In this document: one piece after another, positions 14,108 to 23,667 of the stretch
Layout of the letters: the number at the start of each line of letters is the position of its first letter
How positions within the stretch are numbered: the first letter of the stretch is position 1
DNA from: a virus
Taxonomy: Duplodnaviria; Caudoviricetes
DNA: 31,649 nucleotides
Direction: 5' to 3' (one strand)
Virus record (IMG/VR): IMGVR_UViG_3300020426_000018
Span: 1-31,649 of that record
The notes under the pieces: model-generated
What the model was told of the DNA's origin: nothing
Database searches by the model: none
The model's input: only the letters and a program-made list of their open reading frames with translations
Position numbers and translations under genes: made by a program

Positions 14108-15523
14108 TTAAGTAAAACTAACAAAAGTACCATCTGTCACAGTAAAAACTACACCAGATGCAATAGCTAAGGAGGTTAAGCCAATATAATTTTTACCTGC
14201 GGTTGTTGTAAAACTGTTATCCATTGTATTTTCTACCTCTACAAAAATTTCTTCATTACCACCACCAACTAAACCACCTGCGCCAGTAGGCAAATTTGTT
14301 AAGTTTGCACCTGATATTGCTGGCAGTGGATCAGGAAGTCTTGCATCAGGTATTGTGCCAGATGACAAATTATCTGCATTTAAAGAAGTACCATCAATAA
14401 ACCCTGAGCCATTTGTTAACTGGTTATTATTAGTTGGTATTGTTGGCTTATTAAATAAATCATTATAGTTAACAACATTAGAATTTGTACAAACACTATT
14501 ACCCATGTGAGCATGTGATGAGCATTGATAATGCAAAACTATTGGGGTTGTATCTGTAACAGCTATCTCTGTATATGCCCCAGCCGTACCTGCTGTACCA
14601 TTTGTAGTAACCCCTGTTGTATATGCTGTTGTCTTATCAGCTTCTAAATAAAACCGTAAAGGATGTCCAGAATTACTACTATCGGCTTGATCAAATCTAT
14701 ATGTCCTACCAGATGTTAATGTAATAAAAGGTGATTCATAACCATCAATTTTATAGCCATTACTTGATCCAATACCGTTATATCTATGTGCTGCAGTTTT
14801 ACTTGAAACTGTGACTGTTAAAGTTTTTGTGGAACCAGTATAAGTTGCTTGTACTGTTGAGAAACCTTTAATATTACCATCATTTTGCAATGTCAAATCA
14901 CCTGTAAAAGTTGGGTTAGTACTAGAACCAGGATCGACCCAACTTAAGTTTCCGCTTGCATCACTAGCTAATACATAACCGCTTGTTGTTGCGTCTGTAG
15001 CTGGCAAAGTCCATATAACATTTGATGTTACTGAGGATGGTGCTTTAAATCCAATATAATTAGATGAGTCAGAATCTAAATATCTTATTTCTTTTTGTCC
15101 TGATACAGTAAAGTGTTCTGATGATGTCCAAGAAGAAGTAGAATTTAACCAGCTTATAGTTTTATCTGTTGTACCTTTTAATGTAAGACCACCATTATCA
15201 GCAAGTGAATCTGAAGGGGTAGTTACTCTCCCTAATTCTATATTTTTGTCTTCTACTAATAAATTTTGAGTAGATATTTCTGTTGTTGCTCCATTAACGG
15301 TTAGATCACCACCTATTGTTAAATTTCCAGTTAGTAATCTATTTGTATCAGGAATTGGTACATAATCTAATCCTGACCATGCTGTGACTCCATCTCCGAT
15401 TTTGAATTTTTTTGTATCTGATTCTATACCCCATTCCCCAGCTAATAATACAGTATTATTATTATTCCAATTACTTGCTGTATCCCTCCTCTGTTTTTGT
15501 AAAGCTGTTACTGTAATTGACAT
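14108..15523 (-). CDS. Primary tail fibre (Mtd-N-like anchor, shaft, cupredoxin-like domain, C-terminal adaptor)
   Basis: QRRDTASNW...LLAGEWGIESDTKKFKIGDG..W..L.Y anchor; GNLTIGGDLTVNG shaft; GHPLRF and YQCSSHAHMG motifs. Confidence 0.85.
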   Translation of the reverse strand: MSITVTALQKQRRDTASNWNNNNTVLLAGEWGIESDTKKFKIGDGVTAWSGLDYVPIPDTNRLLTGNLTIGGDLTVNGATTEISTQNLLVEDKNIELGRVTTPSDSLADNGGLTLKGTTDKTISWLNSTSSWTSSEHFTVSGQKEIRYLDSDSSNYIGFKAPSSVTSNVIWTLPATDATTSGYVLASDASGNLSWVDPGSSTNPTFTGDLTLQNDGNIKGFSTVQATYTGSTKTLTVTVSSKTAAHRYNGIGSSNGYKIDGYESPFITLTSGRTYRFDQADSSNSGHPLRFYLEADKTTAYTTGVTTNGTAGTAGAYTEIAVTDTTPIVLHYQCSSHAHMGNSVCTNSNVVNYNDLFNKPTIPTNNNQLTNGSGFIDGTSLNADNLSSGTIPDARLPDPLPAISGANLTNLPTGAGGLVGGGNEEIFVEVENTMDNSFTTTAGKNYIGLTSLAIASGVVFTVTDGTFVSFT

Positions 15524-15525
15524 AT

Positions 15526-16026
15526 TTAAAAAGAATCTCCTGCATCTATTATATTAGTTCTTACAGGTGTTGCACTACTATCTAAAGCATCTAATGTATT
15601 AGTTCTTATAGAATTTCCAGAATCACCAGCATCATAAATTAATTCCCCTCTATCTATAGGAATAGTTTGCAGTTCTACTTCTACATCCCATTTATTAGTT
15701 ATAGAATCTTTTATAATTGGTGGTTGAGAATATAACCATGCAAAGTCTGATACTAATGGGACAGGTGGTGTTGCGTAGTCATTCCAAATAGATGAAGTCA
15801 AGAAAAATATTTCAAAGCTACCATTTTGTCCATCATAATGAGATCTAATTTGATTAACTTCAGTTTCATTTAAGTTTGTAAATGTAAGCTGTAATGTTTG
15901 TTGTATTCTTCTGTTACCTCTGCGAAAACCTCTGACAACTCCTGATAATGATGTGTTTAAAACATTTGGAAAATCACCATTTATATATAATCTACTAGAT
16001 GGTATTAAAGATGGAAAATTTGCCAT
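15526..16026 (-). CDS. Minor tail protein, distal-tail/gpM-like paralogue B with C-terminal DAG repeats
   Basis: MANFPSLIP...LQLTFTNL.E.E...I..HYDGQNGSF..F.L...IW, shared with the upstream gene. Confidence 0.6.
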   Translation of the reverse strand: MANFPSLIPSSRLYINGDFPNVLNTSLSGVVRGFRRGNRRIQQTLQLTFTNLNETEVNQIRSHYDGQNGSFEIFFLTSSIWNDYATPPVPLVSDFAWLYSQPPIIKDSITNKWDVEVELQTIPIDRGELIYDAGDSGNSIRTNTLDALDSSATPVRTNIIDAGDSF

Positions 16027-16398
16027 TTATATAGGTGTAGAAATTAATTCTATAGACAGTTTATATTTATTTGGCGCAGATATTTCAATATTAAGTGGTT
16101 TATTATATCTCCACTGATATAATGAAACGTCAACTGGTGGTGTTGTCCATTTTGACCATATAATAGAAGATAAGTCAAAAGAGTCAATACTACCATTTTG
16201 ATCATTAAAATGAGTTAAAATTGTTTGAGTCTCGGATTCTGTTAGATGTTCGTAATTAATAATTAATATTTGATCAACTCTTTTACTACCTAATTTAAAA
16301 CGAACATTTGCACCACTAATTGAATTAAAAATATTCTGTGGATAATTACCATAGCCTAAAGATGTACTTACAGGTTCTAAATTTGGAAATGTTGTCAT
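16027..16398 (-). CDS. Minor tail protein, distal-tail/gpM-like paralogue A
   Basis: MTTFPNLEP...HLTESE...I..HFNDQNGS..SF.L...IW...WRY..P. Confidence 0.6.
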   Translation of the reverse strand: MTTFPNLEPVSTSLGYGNYPQNIFNSISGANVRFKLGSKRVDQILIINYEHLTESETQTILTHFNDQNGSIDSFDLSSIIWSKWTTPPVDVSLYQWRYNKPLNIEISAPNKYKLSIELISTPI

Positions 16399-18473
16399 TC
16401 TAAAATTTTAAAATTACCATTAATTATGTCATTAGATATAAGTGAAACATTATTATTATTAAGTGGAAAATGTGAAGCTTGTATTGTACTTACTCCATTA
16501 GTATTATAAGTAATACTAGTTATCTGATAAAAATCAGTCTCAGATCTATTATCACCAGCACTTGTTTCCCTTTGTAGTTCTAATTTAATTATATCAGTAG
16601 GTATTAAATCAGTTGTAACTAAGTTTGTAGAAAAAGAAACATCATGTGAACTATGTTTTCTTTTTGCTAATTCATATTTTGAATATAATATAGCGTGATC
16701 TACACTAACGCAAAATTCAGAGAAGTCAAATTGTTCTACTGGTGCGTCTATTTCTGTTGTTGAATATCTCACTGTAACAGTTTTTCGTCTTGCAACTTCA
16801 GTAGGAATACAATTAGTATAAATAACATTTGCAACAAAATCTCTTTTATCTTCTACATTTATAAAAATTTTTCTTAGCGAACCATTTAAAACATTTTGCT
16901 CTGTAAATGTAGCTGCAACCGTTAGTGAAGTTGTTTTAATTTGATTATTATTATCTAATGGTAAAGTAGAAGCAAATTTATATTTACCTCCAACTGACAA
17001 AAAAGCTAAAAAATAATAAGGTGCAATATTACTAATAAACTCAACAATATTAACATTTTTAGAGATAATACCATTAAAAAACATATTGTTATTACTACAA
17101 AAATTAGATAAATTTTGTAAATTTGTTACATCAACTGGAGCAACAATACTTGCAGTATTATTACCATCAATTTTCTTATATATTTTAAATAAATGCATTG
17201 CTAAATCTAAAAACTGATTGCTTGCTCCATTTAAATAATTAGATCCTGTTAAACCTTGACTATATAAATCACATTTTACGCCTTCATCATAAAAAACATA
17301 TAATTGTTTTGTTTCACTGGGGAAAGTTCCAGAACTAGGATTTTCATATAAATTACCTGTAGTTGCTAAAAAAGTAATATCAGCAAAACTACTATTATCA
17401 TCACTAGTATTTTGTATATTATTGCTAGTACCTATAAAAACTTCTTCTTGGACGCCTTCTAGAGTACCTGTACTAGCTGGTAGATTTTGATTAGTTTGGT
17501 TATTTACAGCAACAACGGTAACTTTAAAAACAAATTTTGTTCTACCATTACTAACTTGCAATAATGCTGGATCACTATTTGGTGATGCTAAATCAATATT
17601 TTGATTAGAGAAAAAATCTTGAACTAAGGATGTTATTGTGCCAACTGTTCTACCACCTATAAGATTATAATTTGAATCAAATCTAGCATTATAGATAAAA
17701 GTTGTTGTACCTGTATAACCTGTATAATTATTATATGCAGTTGTTATATTTGCCCCTGTTTCAGCATCAAAAATTTGATGGGTAGCAGTAAAAGTTGTAT
17801 TAGATGTGTCGCCTGAGCCTCTTGTTAGTAAACGTAAATCAACATAATCTACTGCTAATTCATGCCTTAATTCTAAAGTGCTTCCACTAGTTTTTACTGT
17901 TGGATTTAAATAAGAATAAAAATCGTTACCACAAAATAAACCTGTACCATTTATAGGACATGTATTAGGTGAGTTTGTTAAAGCAGCTGCTGTATTAAAT
18001 ATATGATTTAATGTAATAGATTGATCATCAAGAAAATTAATTCTTTTTAAACCAGTAAAAGTTTTAGATTTTTCTGGACTACTTGCAACCTCACCTTGAG
18101 ATATTACATATAATAATTTTTGATTGTGAAAATCAGTTCCAGCTTTAATAAGACTTGGCTTAATCCATATACCCCCAATGTTATTAACACGTTTTCCAAA
18201 AATTAAAGGTACTGTTTCACCTGGATTAGCAATTTTTTGTGAAACATCTAGATCCGCATTAGGATGTTTAAAATTTTCAAGACTTTCATCAAGTATTTGT
18301 GAATCTTGAGCTACTTTTGATTTTTTCTGCTTCCTTCCAAGAAAGGCTATTCCCTTATATACAGTTCCTATCGGAAGAGGATCTCCATGCCCTCCTATAT
18401 ATCTATTAGTTCCTTTAACAAAACCACGATCATCTAATATCTCATCAAGATTTTGTGTAACTGAATAAACCAT
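16395..18473 (-). CDS. Tail tip / hub protein (gpJ-like)
   Basis: 692 aa, downstream of tape measure; GETVPLIFGKR motif and C-terminal L.PTDII.L...YQITSI pattern. Confidence 0.7.
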   Translation of the reverse strand: MVYSVTQNLDEILDDRGFVKGTNRYIGGHGDPLPIGTVYKGIAFLGRKQKKSKVAQDSQILDESLENFKHPNADLDVSQKIANPGETVPLIFGKRVNNIGGIWIKPSLIKAGTDFHNQKLLYVISQGEVASSPEKSKTFTGLKRINFLDDQSITLNHIFNTAAALTNSPNTCPINGTGLFCGNDFYSYLNPTVKTSGSTLELRHELAVDYVDLRLLTRGSGDTSNTTFTATHQIFDAETGANITTAYNNYTGYTGTTTFIYNARFDSNYNLIGGRTVGTITSLVQDFFSNQNIDLASPNSDPALLQVSNGRTKFVFKVTVVAVNNQTNQNLPASTGTLEGVQEEVFIGTSNNIQNTSDDNSSFADITFLATTGNLYENPSSGTFPSETKQLYVFYDEGVKCDLYSQGLTGSNYLNGASNQFLDLAMHLFKIYKKIDGNNTASIVAPVDVTNLQNLSNFCSNNNMFFNGIISKNVNIVEFISNIAPYYFLAFLSVGGKYKFASTLPLDNNNQIKTTSLTVAATFTEQNVLNGSLRKIFINVEDKRDFVANVIYTNCIPTEVARRKTVTVRYSTTEIDAPVEQFDFSEFCVSVDHAILYSKYELAKRKHSSHDVSFSTNLVTTDLIPTDIIKLELQRETSAGDNRSETDFYQITSITYNTNGVSTIQASHFPLNNNNVSLISNDIINGNFKILE

Positions 18474-18478
18474 AATAT

Positions 18479-18700
18479 TTAAGACTCTTTTATATTAAGC
18501 ATTATAAGTTCAAATAGTTGAGGTGGGACACACACTGTCTGACTTTTAATTTCTTTAATTTTCTTTTGTCCAGATAAAATTTCATTTTTATCATTTTTAT
18601 AAACCCTTTTATTATCAATAACAAATCCTTTTGCATTAAAAATTTCAGTATCATCAGTCAAAATTGCATTAATTTCAAATGAAAATAATTGAATATTCAT
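18479..18700 (-). CDS. Hypothetical tail-module protein
   Basis: 73-aa ORF, ATGA overlap with upstream gene. Confidence 0.6.
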   Translation of the reverse strand: MNIQLFSFEINAILTDDTEIFNAKGFVIDNKRVYKNDKNEILSGQKKIKEIKSQTVCVPPQLFELIMLNIKES

Positions 18701-19203
18701 ATTCCTATAAACCTCCCTAATAAATCACTGCTTATTTTTTTTGTGGGTATTTGTGCTTTTTGTTTAGAAATAGCTGGTGTAACATTCCAATTCACAGTAG
18801 TATCGTCTATCGTTGCATTATTTATTGTACCAATATATCTACAAACTAAATTAGCATTATTTGATAATTGTTCTAATCCAATAGGTTGTATATATAAAGA
18901 TGCTATTACTAAACGATCACCTTCCATAGCAGTATTTGTTAAGTCTACTATTGCGCCTGTTGCTGCGATATTAACAGATAAATTATTAATATTACTTGCT
19001 TCAGTAGAAGCAAAACCATTAACATCAAAAGCTAAGTAACTAAATTGTACTGTTTGGTCTATTTCTGTATCTGCTGATAATGTTTGTGCTGATTGATAAA
19101 AATTTTGATGGGATCTTGTAGGTAATCTTTTACCATTACTATCTAAAACATTAGTTTTATCTTCATAATATTCTAAAAAAGTTAAGATATCAAAGTTAGC
19201 CAT
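18697..19203 (-). CDS. Minor tail protein (gpL N-terminal-like)
   Basis: Coupled to the tape measure stop; FSYLAFDVNG...YIGTI...AQIP.K pattern. Confidence 0.55.
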   Translation of the reverse strand: MANFDILTFLEYYEDKTNVLDSNGKRLPTRSHQNFYQSAQTLSADTEIDQTVQFSYLAFDVNGFASTEASNINNLSVNIAATGAIVDLTNTAMEGDRLVIASLYIQPIGLEQLSNNANLVCRYIGTINNATIDDTTVNWNVTPAISKQKAQIPTKKISSDLLGRFIGI

Positions 19204-21002
19204 TAATCTAGATAATAAGTTACTCCACCAGCCTGTAAATAATTCATTGTTTGCGAAACACTACTTTGAACTGCGTTTTGTAAATCATTAGTGGTTACAT
19301 AATTAGTATTATTCATTTGTACTACATTACCCGTCTGTATATTAATATTAGGATTTGCTGGTGTAGTTTGTTTTATCTCGAAACCTCCTGATGGCAGTTG
19401 AACAGCTTGCAATGAATTGCTACTTGGTTGTGCTAAAGTTTCTGGAACGCTCATACCAGCATATTTTGCGCCTACATTTCCAACACTAAAATCAGTTGTA
19501 TTATATCCATCTGTTTTAGGTAAAGCTGCTAATATGTCATTGAGGGATTGAGTCTGTGGATTAGAATTTACTGCTGTTGAAGTAGTAGTTGAAGTAGTAG
19601 TTGAAGGAGTCGTTGTAATGTTAGTTGTAGCTAATGCAGATTGTTCTCCTTTTAACTTTGCTATCAAATTTAAAGCTGCTTTAATTGCAGATATAAGCAA
19701 ATCAAATGGACGTAATGCGGCTCTGACTGCTATTTTTACAATATTAGGTAATCTGTCAAATGCATTTTTCGCCAAATCCATAGCATTATTAAAAATATTT
19801 CCAATAAAATCTATAAAAGGTTTTAAAAATTCTGCAATATTATTTATTATATTTCCAATAGAATCCTTTACTCCAATAAAAAAATTAACAATAAATTCAC
19901 CAGCAGCTTTAAAACCACCAATTATTTGATCTTTAAATTTGAATATTAAAACTCCTAAGCCTATAATTGCAGCACCAATTAAAGCACCAGGTAGAAAAGG
20001 AGCAAATGCAGCAGCACCAGCAATTACTCCCGCCTTTAACGCAGCGAATTTGGCAACTATTCCAGCTAATACTGTGGCAATTTTAATTTTTGCAATTATT
20101 TTAAAAGAAACAACAAGCGCAGCAAGGGCTGTTACCAAAGTAAATGCTGCTGGTGCAGCAATAGCTAATGCACTTCCTAATAAAACTACAACACCAATAG
20201 TTTTTTGTACTGGTTCAGGTAGTTCTAAAAATCTATCTACTAGATCAGTTAAAACCTCAACAATTTTTTCTAAAACTTCTAATAATAATTTTGTTAACTC
20301 AGTTCTTAAAATTTTAAATCTTTCTCCTAATTGGCTAACGCTGTCATTAAATGTAGCCATTCTTTCTGCTAATTCCTGATCAAAGCTTGTTTTTAATGCT
20401 TGTATTGCTTCACTTCCTTGGTTCATTATTGGTATTAATTTTGCACCCATACCAGTACCAAATAGTTCAGCAGCATTTGCAGCGGCTAGTGTTCTATCAT
20501 CCATATTTTTTATCTTGTCAGTAATTTCGAAAAACATTGTATCTAATGATTTTAGTGAACCATCTGCATTAGTAACACCTAAACCTAACCTATCAAAAGC
20601 TTCCTTGGCAGTACCTACTCCATCTGATGCATCTTGCATATTTTTAGCAAGTGTTGGAAATGCTTTACTTAGTGTATTAAAATCTGTACCTCCTAAATCA
20701 GCAGCTTGTCTTAATTTATCAAGTACTGGTACTGCAACGCCTGTTTTTTGACTCATTTTTTCTAATGAATCACCTAGTTGCAAAGTATCATTTACCATTT
20801 TCCCAATAGCTGCGACACCTAAAACAGGTGCAATTCCTTTTAAAACACCAAAAGCATTACCAGCCGCAGTTTTAAGTTTACTCATCGCTGAAGCTGTTTT
20901 GTTAGTAGATACTTTTAATTTATTTAAACCAGTTTCTAACTTTCCAATTTGATTTTGACCTTCTACTTTAGCTTTAATTGTATATGACGTACTTAAGTCC
21001 AT
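19203..21002 (-). CDS. Tail tape measure protein
   Basis: 599 aa; Ala/Leu-rich helical region, hydrophobic stretch, amphipathic F/I repeats; follows tail chaperones. Confidence 0.9.
   Translation of the reverse strand: MDLSTSYTIKAKVEGQNQIGKLETGLNKLKVSTNKTASAMSKLKTAAGNAFGVLKGIAPVLGVAAIGKMVNDTLQLGDSLEKMSQKTGVAVPVLDKLRQAADLGGTDFNTLSKAFPTLAKNMQDASDGVGTAKEAFDRLGLGVTNADGSLKSLDTMFFEITDKIKNMDDRTLAAANAAELFGTGMGAKLIPIMNQGSEAIQALKTSFDQELAERMATFNDSVSQLGERFKILRTELTKLLLEVLEKIVEVLTDLVDRFLELPEPVQKTIGVVVLLGSALAIAAPAAFTLVTALAALVVSFKIIAKIKIATVLAGIVAKFAALKAGVIAGAAAFAPFLPGALIGAAIIGLGVLIFKFKDQIIGGFKAAGEFIVNFFIGVKDSIGNIINNIAEFLKPFIDFIGNIFNNAMDLAKNAFDRLPNIVKIAVRAALRPFDLLISAIKAALNLIAKLKGEQSALATTNITTTPSTTTSTTTSTAVNSNPQTQSLNDILAALPKTDGYNTTDFSVGNVGAKYAGMSVPETLAQPSSNSLQAVQLPSGGFEIKQTTPANPNINIQTGNVVQMNNTNYVTTNDLQNAVQSSVSQTMNYLQAGGVTYYLD
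19576..19615. repeat. 12-bp tandem repeat inside tape measure (Thr/Ser tract)
   Basis: GTTGAAGTAGTA x2 plus degenerate GTTGAAGGAGTC GTTG. Confidence 0.6.
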
Positions 21003-21340
21003 TATTTATTTTTTTTATTTATTGTTTCTACTATTTTACCCTCTAAAACCTGTAAGTCAGCAAATAATTCTAAAGGTTTTTTTATATCTTTTTGTTTCAG
21101 CTTAAAAATCCATTCTAATACATTATAATCAAGGCCTAAAATTACACCTTGTTCTAAACGCCATTGTGTTTGAACCATTATGAATATTTCCATTGTTAGC
21201 CAATTATCAGGCAATATATAATAATCTTCTTCTTTTTTCTTTTTTTCTACAGTTTTACCAAATAGGACTGCATCATCTAAATGTGTTTCATCAATAATAC
21301 GATCACCGCACCAAAACAACGCAGCCCCTTCTAGTTTTTT
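21002..21340 (-). CDS. Tail assembly chaperone frameshift extension (gpT part of gpGT)
   Basis: -1 frame continues KLEGAALFWCGDR...TQWR...GLDYNV; no good start codon of its own. Confidence 0.85.
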   Translation of the reverse strand, partial: KKLEGAALFWCGDRIIDETHLDDAVLFGKTVEKKKKEEDYYILPDNWLTMEIFIMVQTQWRLEQGVILGLDYNVLEWIFKLKQKDIKKPLELFADLQVLEGKIVETINKKNK

Positions 21341-21705
21341 ATTTTTTGTTTTGAAACCTCTTCAAAATATATAGTTACAAGCAAATTAGATAAACCTGCT
21401 ATATCTAATACTTGTTTTTTTGTAGCTTTAGTAAAAGGGACAGGCTTGTCTCCATCAGTAATACCATCCCACCCAACTAGAATTTCATCTGCGATTAAAT
21501 AATCTGAAATGTCAGTGCCGTCATATATACCATCGTTTAATTCTTTTTGTTTTTTTTGTGCCTGTAAAGCTATTTCATTTATTCTAGATTGTGGAATAAT
21601 TTTAAATACAGCATCAAAAGTTTCTTCTTTTTGTTGTCCACCATCCGCAGGTGTTGTAAAAACAATAGGATGCGTAAAGGTTGCTTCTTTTTTTAAGATA
21701 AACAT
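21331..21705 (-). CDS. Tail assembly chaperone (gpG-like)
   Basis: Between tail tube and tape measure; ILVGWDGITD...PVPFT motif; ends ...KN*. Confidence 0.85.
   Translation of the reverse strand: MFILKKEATFTHPIVFTTPADGGQQKEETFDAVFKIIPQSRINEIALQAQKKQKELNDGIYDGTDISDYLIADEILVGWDGITDGDKPVPFTKATKKQVLDIAGLSNLLVTIYFEEVSKQKIKN
21334..21340 (-). other. Programmed -1 ribosomal frameshift slippery site A AAA AAC
   Basis: Minus strand ATA AAA AAC TAG; X XXY YYZ heptamer just before the stop, -1 frame open into 21002. Confidence 0.85.
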
Positions 21706-21755
21706 AAATTTTATATAATATATTCTAGGGTATACTTTTTTATATTAAAGTGCAA

Positions 21756-22694
21756 CTACGTAAAAGCTAGGCTAAACTCATCTTGCCCTGCATCTGTTGG
21801 AGTCGCATAAAATGGAAGATTTAGCATTGTAATTCCATCGTTCTCTTCATAAGTTGGCTGTCCTAAATCTGTTTGTGGACAAGATACAGTGACAATATTT
21901 CCAGCAGTTGTTCCATGCACCCATGTGTTTGTGCCTGTTGATGTTGATGTAGCTGCTGTAAAAAAGTTTTTATCTGATAATGCAACAGCCTCTACAACCA
22001 TTGTTCCAGATGGCCTACGGTCTGTAATAAGTGCTTCTTTTGTACCGCCTACTAGTTCCCTGTATATAACTTCATTAGCAAAATCTAATTCCCATGATTG
22101 TAAAGCTGCTGAAAAACCATGTACAGAAAAGCTAGATGTATTACCGTTTTTAAATAAAATGCCATCGGGTTGTAATGTTTTATCAACTGTAGGTAAGGCA
22201 GTATCAGTTGGCGCAACAAATATGCCTTGCATCTCAAAGTTTATGCGAGGTATTTCATTAACATTGCAAACTATTGAAAATGTACCTCTTGCACCTGTAA
22301 TTTTATGCAAAACGCCATCATAGTTAACATGCAATGTACAACTATCTTGTGTAGCTAATGTAGAGGGCGTATAAGTAACAGATGTAGATGTTACAGTATT
22401 GGCAGATAGTCCACATGATTTAAGTATAGAGTCATACTTCGGGCTAGTTCCAGCCGAGCCACTTCCCACCATAAACACACCAAAGCTTAGATTAACTCTT
22501 GTATTAGCCAATAATCTAGGATAATTACCAGCATAAGGCCTAATAGTTTCAATTTCTACTTCATCACTGGCTAGTGGTTCAACTTCCAGATCAACTACTT
22601 CTACATAATCAGATGAGCCTGTTGGATTTGAATCTGTATTATAGCTGCTTTCTATTTTTGCTAATAAAGATCTTTTTCTATGAAGTTTTGGCAT
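21756..22694 (-). CDS. Major tail tube protein
   Basis: 312-aa S/T-rich beta protein upstream of the chaperones; LLAKIES.Y..D and GARGTFS motifs. Confidence 0.85.
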   Translation of the reverse strand: MPKLHRKRSLLAKIESSYNTDSNPTGSSDYVEVVDLEVEPLASDEVEIETIRPYAGNYPRLLANTRVNLSFGVFMVGSGSAGTSPKYDSILKSCGLSANTVTSTSVTYTPSTLATQDSCTLHVNYDGVLHKITGARGTFSIVCNVNEIPRINFEMQGIFVAPTDTALPTVDKTLQPDGILFKNGNTSSFSVHGFSAALQSWELDFANEVIYRELVGGTKEALITDRRPSGTMVVEAVALSDKNFFTAATSTSTGTNTWVHGTTAGNIVTVSCPQTDLGQPTYEENDGITMLNLPFYATPTDAGQDEFSLAFT

Positions 22695-22749
22695 TTACCT
22701 AATGATCACTATGTTTATATAATAAACCTTTATAAGAATTATGTAAGTA

Positions 22750-23175
22750 CTAAGTACTTAGATCGTCAATATTTGTACGATAAATAATTTCGTAATTACA
22801 TTCTACGATTAAACCACCTAAATCAGAATCTAAAAATTGAAAATTTGTGGTAGAAGGTTGTATGTCTATAGCATTTCCGTTTAGAGATAAATCTGCCATA
22901 AGTTTAGAATGTAGGCTTTCTACTACTGGATCTGCTGTTTGGTGGGGTGTTGAGCTAACAACATAAACACTAATAGATACAGTTAGAGTATGATGAAGTG
23001 TTAGTAAAGATGTATTTTGTTCTACCGTATCGCTTTGTGGTTCTATTATTAAGCTTGGCGTTTCAGATCTTGTAAAAGCTGTTTGTCTAGCTCTAAAAAT
23101 ACGGTCAGAAACTCCTGTTGTACCAACTAAGACTGAACTTATCGTTGTTAATATTGTTTCTCTTTTTGTAGTCAT
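22750..23175 (-). CDS. Tail terminator (gpU-like)
   Basis: MTTKRETIL...RIFRAR...ETPSLII...LMADLSLNG; position upstream of tail tube. Confidence 0.7.
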   Translation of the reverse strand: MTTKRETILTTISSVLVGTTGVSDRIFRARQTAFTRSETPSLIIEPQSDTVEQNTSLLTLHHTLTVSISVYVVSSTPHQTADPVVESLHSKLMADLSLNGNAIDIQPSTTNFQFLDSDLGGLIVECNYEIIYRTNIDDLST

Positions 23176-23462
23176 TAATTTTTAGATAAGCTTAATCTGC
23201 AAAATGTACCATCATTTTCTTTTTTTATATCTCTTACTGTAAATGGAATACTTTCAACAATAATACTATCTCCAGAAACTAAAGATCCGAAAATTGCTGT
23301 ACGTGTTGTTAGTTCATATTCAGTGCTTATAAGCATATCGCCTGCAAGTATTTGGTCAGGTTGTTCTAATACACCTAGTCCAGTATTACTTCCAGCGATA
23401 CAGGTCACACCAAAATCACCTAAATAAACATCTTGTGTAGTTGCATCTTCTGTAAAAGGCAT
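23175..23462 (-). CDS. Head-tail joining protein (gpFII-like)
   Basis: 95-aa beta protein, DFGV...GDSI...FTV...DG...L.L; synteny. Confidence 0.7.
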   Translation of the reverse strand: MPFTEDATTQDVYLGDFGVTCIAGSNTGLGVLEQPDQILAGDMLISTEYELTTRTAIFGSLVSGDSIIVESIPFTVRDIKKENDGTFCRLSLSKN

Positions 23463-23627
23463 TTATTTTTTAGATTCAGATTTCTTTTGTTTTGCTGGTT
23501 GTTTATATTCTTCAACTTTTCCAATAGTTATTAAAAAATTTGCATCAGTTGTAGAAATATCATAAGTTTTGCCAGCTTCTAAACCAACGCCACTAGCACA
23601 AACATTTTTAAGACACTTAATTTTCAT
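23463..23627 (-). CDS. 54-aa post-capsid small protein (gpFI position; not in ORF track)
   Basis: MKIKCLKNVCASGVGLEAGKTYDISTTDANFLITIGKVEEYKQPAKQKKSESKK*; stop abuts next ATG. Confidence 0.75.
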   Translation of the reverse strand: MKIKCLKNVCASGVGLEAGKTYDISTTDANFLITIGKVEEYKQPAKQKKSESKK

Positions 23628-23655
23628 AAAAAAAGGGGGGGGTGTAATACCCCCT
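23628..23655 (-). terminator. Intrinsic terminator after major capsid gene
   Basis: Minus strand GGGGGT-ATTAC-ACCCCC stem-loop followed by CCC and a T run. Confidence 0.7.
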
Positions 23656-23667
23656 ATATTAAACTAT

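Noticed and set aside
18689-22323. Plus-strand ORFs opposite the tail genes (18689, 19618, 19939, 20515, 21509, 21889)
   Set aside because: Antisense shadows in register with the real genes; no RBS or motifs
23635-23642. G8 run as a phase-variation tract
   Set aside because: Intergenic and part of the terminator stem; its length could also be a homopolymer sequencing error
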